Assembly (NCBI GenBank): GCA_965233585.1
Contig: CBDDTI010000262.1
Location: 1-10,634 of the forward strand
Length of the DNA stretch: 10,634 nucleotides
Reading direction: 5' to 3'
Origin: a bacterium
GTDB taxonomy: Bacteria; SAR324; NAC60-12
Shown: piece after piece, positions 7,894 to 10,634 of the stretch
Position numbering within the stretch: the stretch's first letter is position 1
How the letters are laid out: each line of letters opens with the position of its first letter
Notes under the pieces: model-generated
What the model was told of the DNA's origin: nothing
The model's database searches: none
What the model saw: only the letters and a program-made list of their open reading frames with translations
Translations under genes and position numbers: made by a program

Positions 7894-8360
7894 TAGGCTT
7901 TTGTACATTATGCTAGCATTTTTTGAGCATTTTAGTGAGGCAAAAGCATTGAGCATTATTCAAGCATTTTAGTGGCATTTTTCCGGAAAATTACTATTTT
8001 TTCACAGATTATAGAAATAAAAACTTTTTTTTACGAGAAAATGAAGACTAAACTTTCCCTCTTCACTTAAGTATCACCAAAAGGGGAAAATGGATTAACA
8101 GAACAACAGATCATTTCGAGAATTATCTCAGTGGTGCATTGAAACTTTTACATAGGTAGTTGTTAACTTGTTATACTAAGTATACGTTTTTGTGAAGCAC
8201 TCTGAACTATTATTCCGAAAATTTAAAACCCCTATGAATGAGCGTTAACCGAGCATTTTAGTGACATTTTTGGGGGAAACCGAGCATTTTAGTGGAAAAA
8301 ATGAAGCATTAAGGTGGAGCATTTTAGTGGGGAAATAAAAGCATAATGTACAAAAGCCTA
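7894..8360. mobile_element. 467-bp hAT-type MITE (8-bp TSD)
   Basis: Perfect 21-bp TIR taggcttttgtacattatgct (7894-7914) / agcataatgtacaaaagccta (8340-8360). TSD gtcgtgac at 7886-7893 and 8361-8368. Five subterminal agcattttagtg copies. Confidence 0.95.
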
Positions 8361-9184
8361 GTCGTGACTCAGACAAGACTCAGACAAACAACCTGGAATA
8401 GTGGACGATTTTGAAGATTTCTTTAAGGGCAAAAGCCGGTGTTCCTAAAACACTTGTGAAACGAAAATCCCTGTATTTCCCTCAGAACACGCTTCTGTTG
8501 ACCGAGTCTCGCGGGGAATTCAGTGATTTGCATTCTATTTTTAGACTTCGTGCGCTTCGCTATTGAATAATTATGCCAGTCTGACTCCAAGCCCAAGGTC
8601 ACACCACGGTTAGTACTATGGTCACACAAATAACGAAATTTCGAAGCACACTCACCGTAGTGACAATGAAATTATTTGTTATGTATATAATATTTAGAAG
8701 TTTGTATTCTTAGTTTTGCTATGTTATAAAATTTGAGACAACATTTTCTTCCGTGGGGGGTGGGGAAGGGGCTGTTATGTTTTGATCATCACGCAACACG
8801 TGAAGAGTGATGTTGCGTGACAGACAACGGTGTCAGCAAGGAATTCACAAATTGGCATATCCATAGAGGGATCTATATCCTTGCATACGGCGGCTGAGCC
8901 CACAGTACGATCGGCTGTCAAAATTTTGGTGTCCCAACGAAACGATACGAAAAAAGCCTTTTTCTTCGCGGCTATCAAAAATAAAAACAGTTCACAAGTT
9001 CCTTTGGCCTCTACTAGTAGTTTACTTGAGTATTCCGGGTTTAATTTGACGAGGAACAGCATATTTTGTTCAAAATAACACAACTATTATCCTACTTGAC
9101 GATACTCGACGAACTACGAGCGAGTTTGCCATGCCGAGAGCCGGCAACCCATTTTTGGCGCCAAAATAGAAGCTTAGAAACACA

Positions 9185-9878
9185 ACCCTGGTGAAAATCT
9201 TGACAGGATCTTTGAGGATCTTTATAGATCTTTAAGGACCTGTCAAAGATCCTTAAAGATAAGGATCTTTCAAGGATCCTTCAAAGATCTTTAAAGATCT
9301 TTAAAAGAAATTCAAAGATCTTTAATGGAAAGATCTTTCAAGGATCTTAGCTAGGATCCTTTAAGATCCTTGAGGATTCAGTGAAGATCTTTCAAAGATC
9401 TTTGAGGAATCTTTTCAAGGATCCTGCAAAGATCTTTGCTAAGATCCTTCAGGATCTTCAAGGATTCTATCAAGATCTTGCAAGGATCCTTGGTAAGATC
9501 CCACAAGGATCTTTGCTAGGATCCTTCAAGATCCTTGAGGATTCCATGAGGATCTTTCAAAGATCTTTGTGGAATCTTTTGAAGAACCTTGCAAAGATCT
9601 TGGCTAAGATCCTTCAGGATTTTTAAGGATTTTATCAAGATCTTGCAAAGATCCTTAGTAAGATCCCAAAAGGATCTTTGATAGCATCATTCAAGATCCT
9701 TGGGAATTATATGAGGATCTTTCAAAGATCTTTAAATAATCTCATGAATGATCTTGCAAAGATCTTTACTACTTTTTCTTCAGGATCTTCAAGGATTTTA
9801 TCAAGATCTTGCAAATATCCTTGGTAAGAGTCAACAGGATCTTTCCTGGATTCTTAAGATCCTTGATGAGGATCTTGT
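9185..9878. repeat. GATC-rich satellite-like array: ~11-bp basic unit, 165-bp higher-order unit (3 full copies plus a partial)
   Basis: Units start aggatctt at 9341, 9506, 9671 and 9836 (165-bp spacing). A looser a(a/g)gatc(c/t)tt array covers 9205-9340, with a sharp start at accctggtgaaaatctt (9185). Confidence 0.9.
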
Positions 9879-10360
9879 AGAGTTAGTCGGATTTTCGAAC
9901 AAGTATGACTTTACCTTGTTCAAAGTAGTGCACGTCATCAGCTTGTCAGCTGATATAATAAGCACATCTTACAACCATTTATAATTGTTGTTACAGTTTA
10001 TTACTTTATTACAAATCTACAACAGGTGTGACTCAGTCTGCATCAACTATTACAATGTTAAGACAGGGTTTAAAAACACTGATTCGCTCCACAGTTCCCC
10101 TAGTGTACCATAAAGGAGATCACAGCCACTATAAATAATATTACGAGACAAAAACCTGAGACACAATTGTAAATACCGGCAGTGGATATTAAGGCCGCAA
10201 CTGTTTATCTCCAGACTTCAGTTTCGTGTCTTCCCATAGGTAACCCAGGCTCACTGTGTGTGACACGTGACATAATATAGGAAAATATAGAGAACATATG
10301 AGGTGAAGTTTAGGTCTGAAAATTTGCTAGAAAATGGAAACAAAAATCGATGAAACTTAC

Positions 10361-10633
10361 CATGTGGCGAGTCGTTGTTGTCCTTAATACGTACACGTAG
10401 TTTTGGGGAAAAGGAGTCATCATCATCTTTCCTTCATAGTAAAGTGGCAAGGTAGGAGACTGAAGCCAAAGTCGGGTTCCGATCGACTCAAAAGAAGCAC
10501 GATTTTTTTCGCGAAAATCGAGTCCAGTCGCTAAATAAACACGCCAGGCTTGTGGAACATGAATTTCTCTAAACCACGAATCCCCTGAAGCATCTCCAGC
10601 TAGCAACGCGAGGCCACCAGGCTCCGTAGAACT
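10361..10633 (-). CDS. Candidate coding exon of an unidentified gene, open from the window edge (SSTEPGGLALLAGDASGDSWFREIHVPQAWRVYLATGLDFRE...YVLRTTTTRHM)
   Basis: 91 codons without a stop, higher GC than the flank, ending at a consensus phase-0 donor ATG|GTAAGT (10360-10355) followed by AT-rich sequence. No family recognised. Confidence 0.5.
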
Positions 10634-10634
10634 T

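Noticed and set aside
8775..9083. Overlapping 102-aa and 82-aa ORFs on opposite strands
   Set aside because: Non-ATG starts, an in-frame TAG directly upstream of the minus ORF, no splice signals and no recognisable domain.
9381..9984. Repetitive Leu/Lys/Asp-rich ORFs
   Set aside because: Artefact of the GATC satellite. The 165-bp unit is divisible by 3, so the peptide repeats.

Overview
AT-rich eukaryotic (animal) genomic DNA, mostly intronic or intergenic and dense in short non-autonomous transposons. The repeat style suggests a cnidarian such as a stony coral (inference only). None of the ORF-track proteins is convincing except part of 10310-10606. The track misses the best gene: a minus-strand first coding exon (1012-926, MAMDGPRPAESLRHLACSLAALDPAPWEK|GTAAG) resembling the N-terminus of PI4-kinase III alpha (PI4KA). 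Four MITEs have intact TIRs and TSDs (1136-1367, 1376-1696, 6240-6433, 7894-8360), and two of them are stacked at one target site just upstream of the PI4KA start. Also present are older palindromic elements, a GATC-rich 11-bp/165-bp higher-order repeat, a candidate plus-strand promoter and micro first exon (~7098-7376), and a candidate minus-strand exon at the right edge. The most unusual object is a ~470-bp insertion in a (TA)n site (2281-2751). It consists of two inverted, circularly permuted arms of a ~365-nt unit that carries a chimeric tRNA-like gene, and both ends stop at the same 13-nt motif. This suggests a non-autonomous element copied from a circular or tandem template, possibly by Penelope-like machinery.
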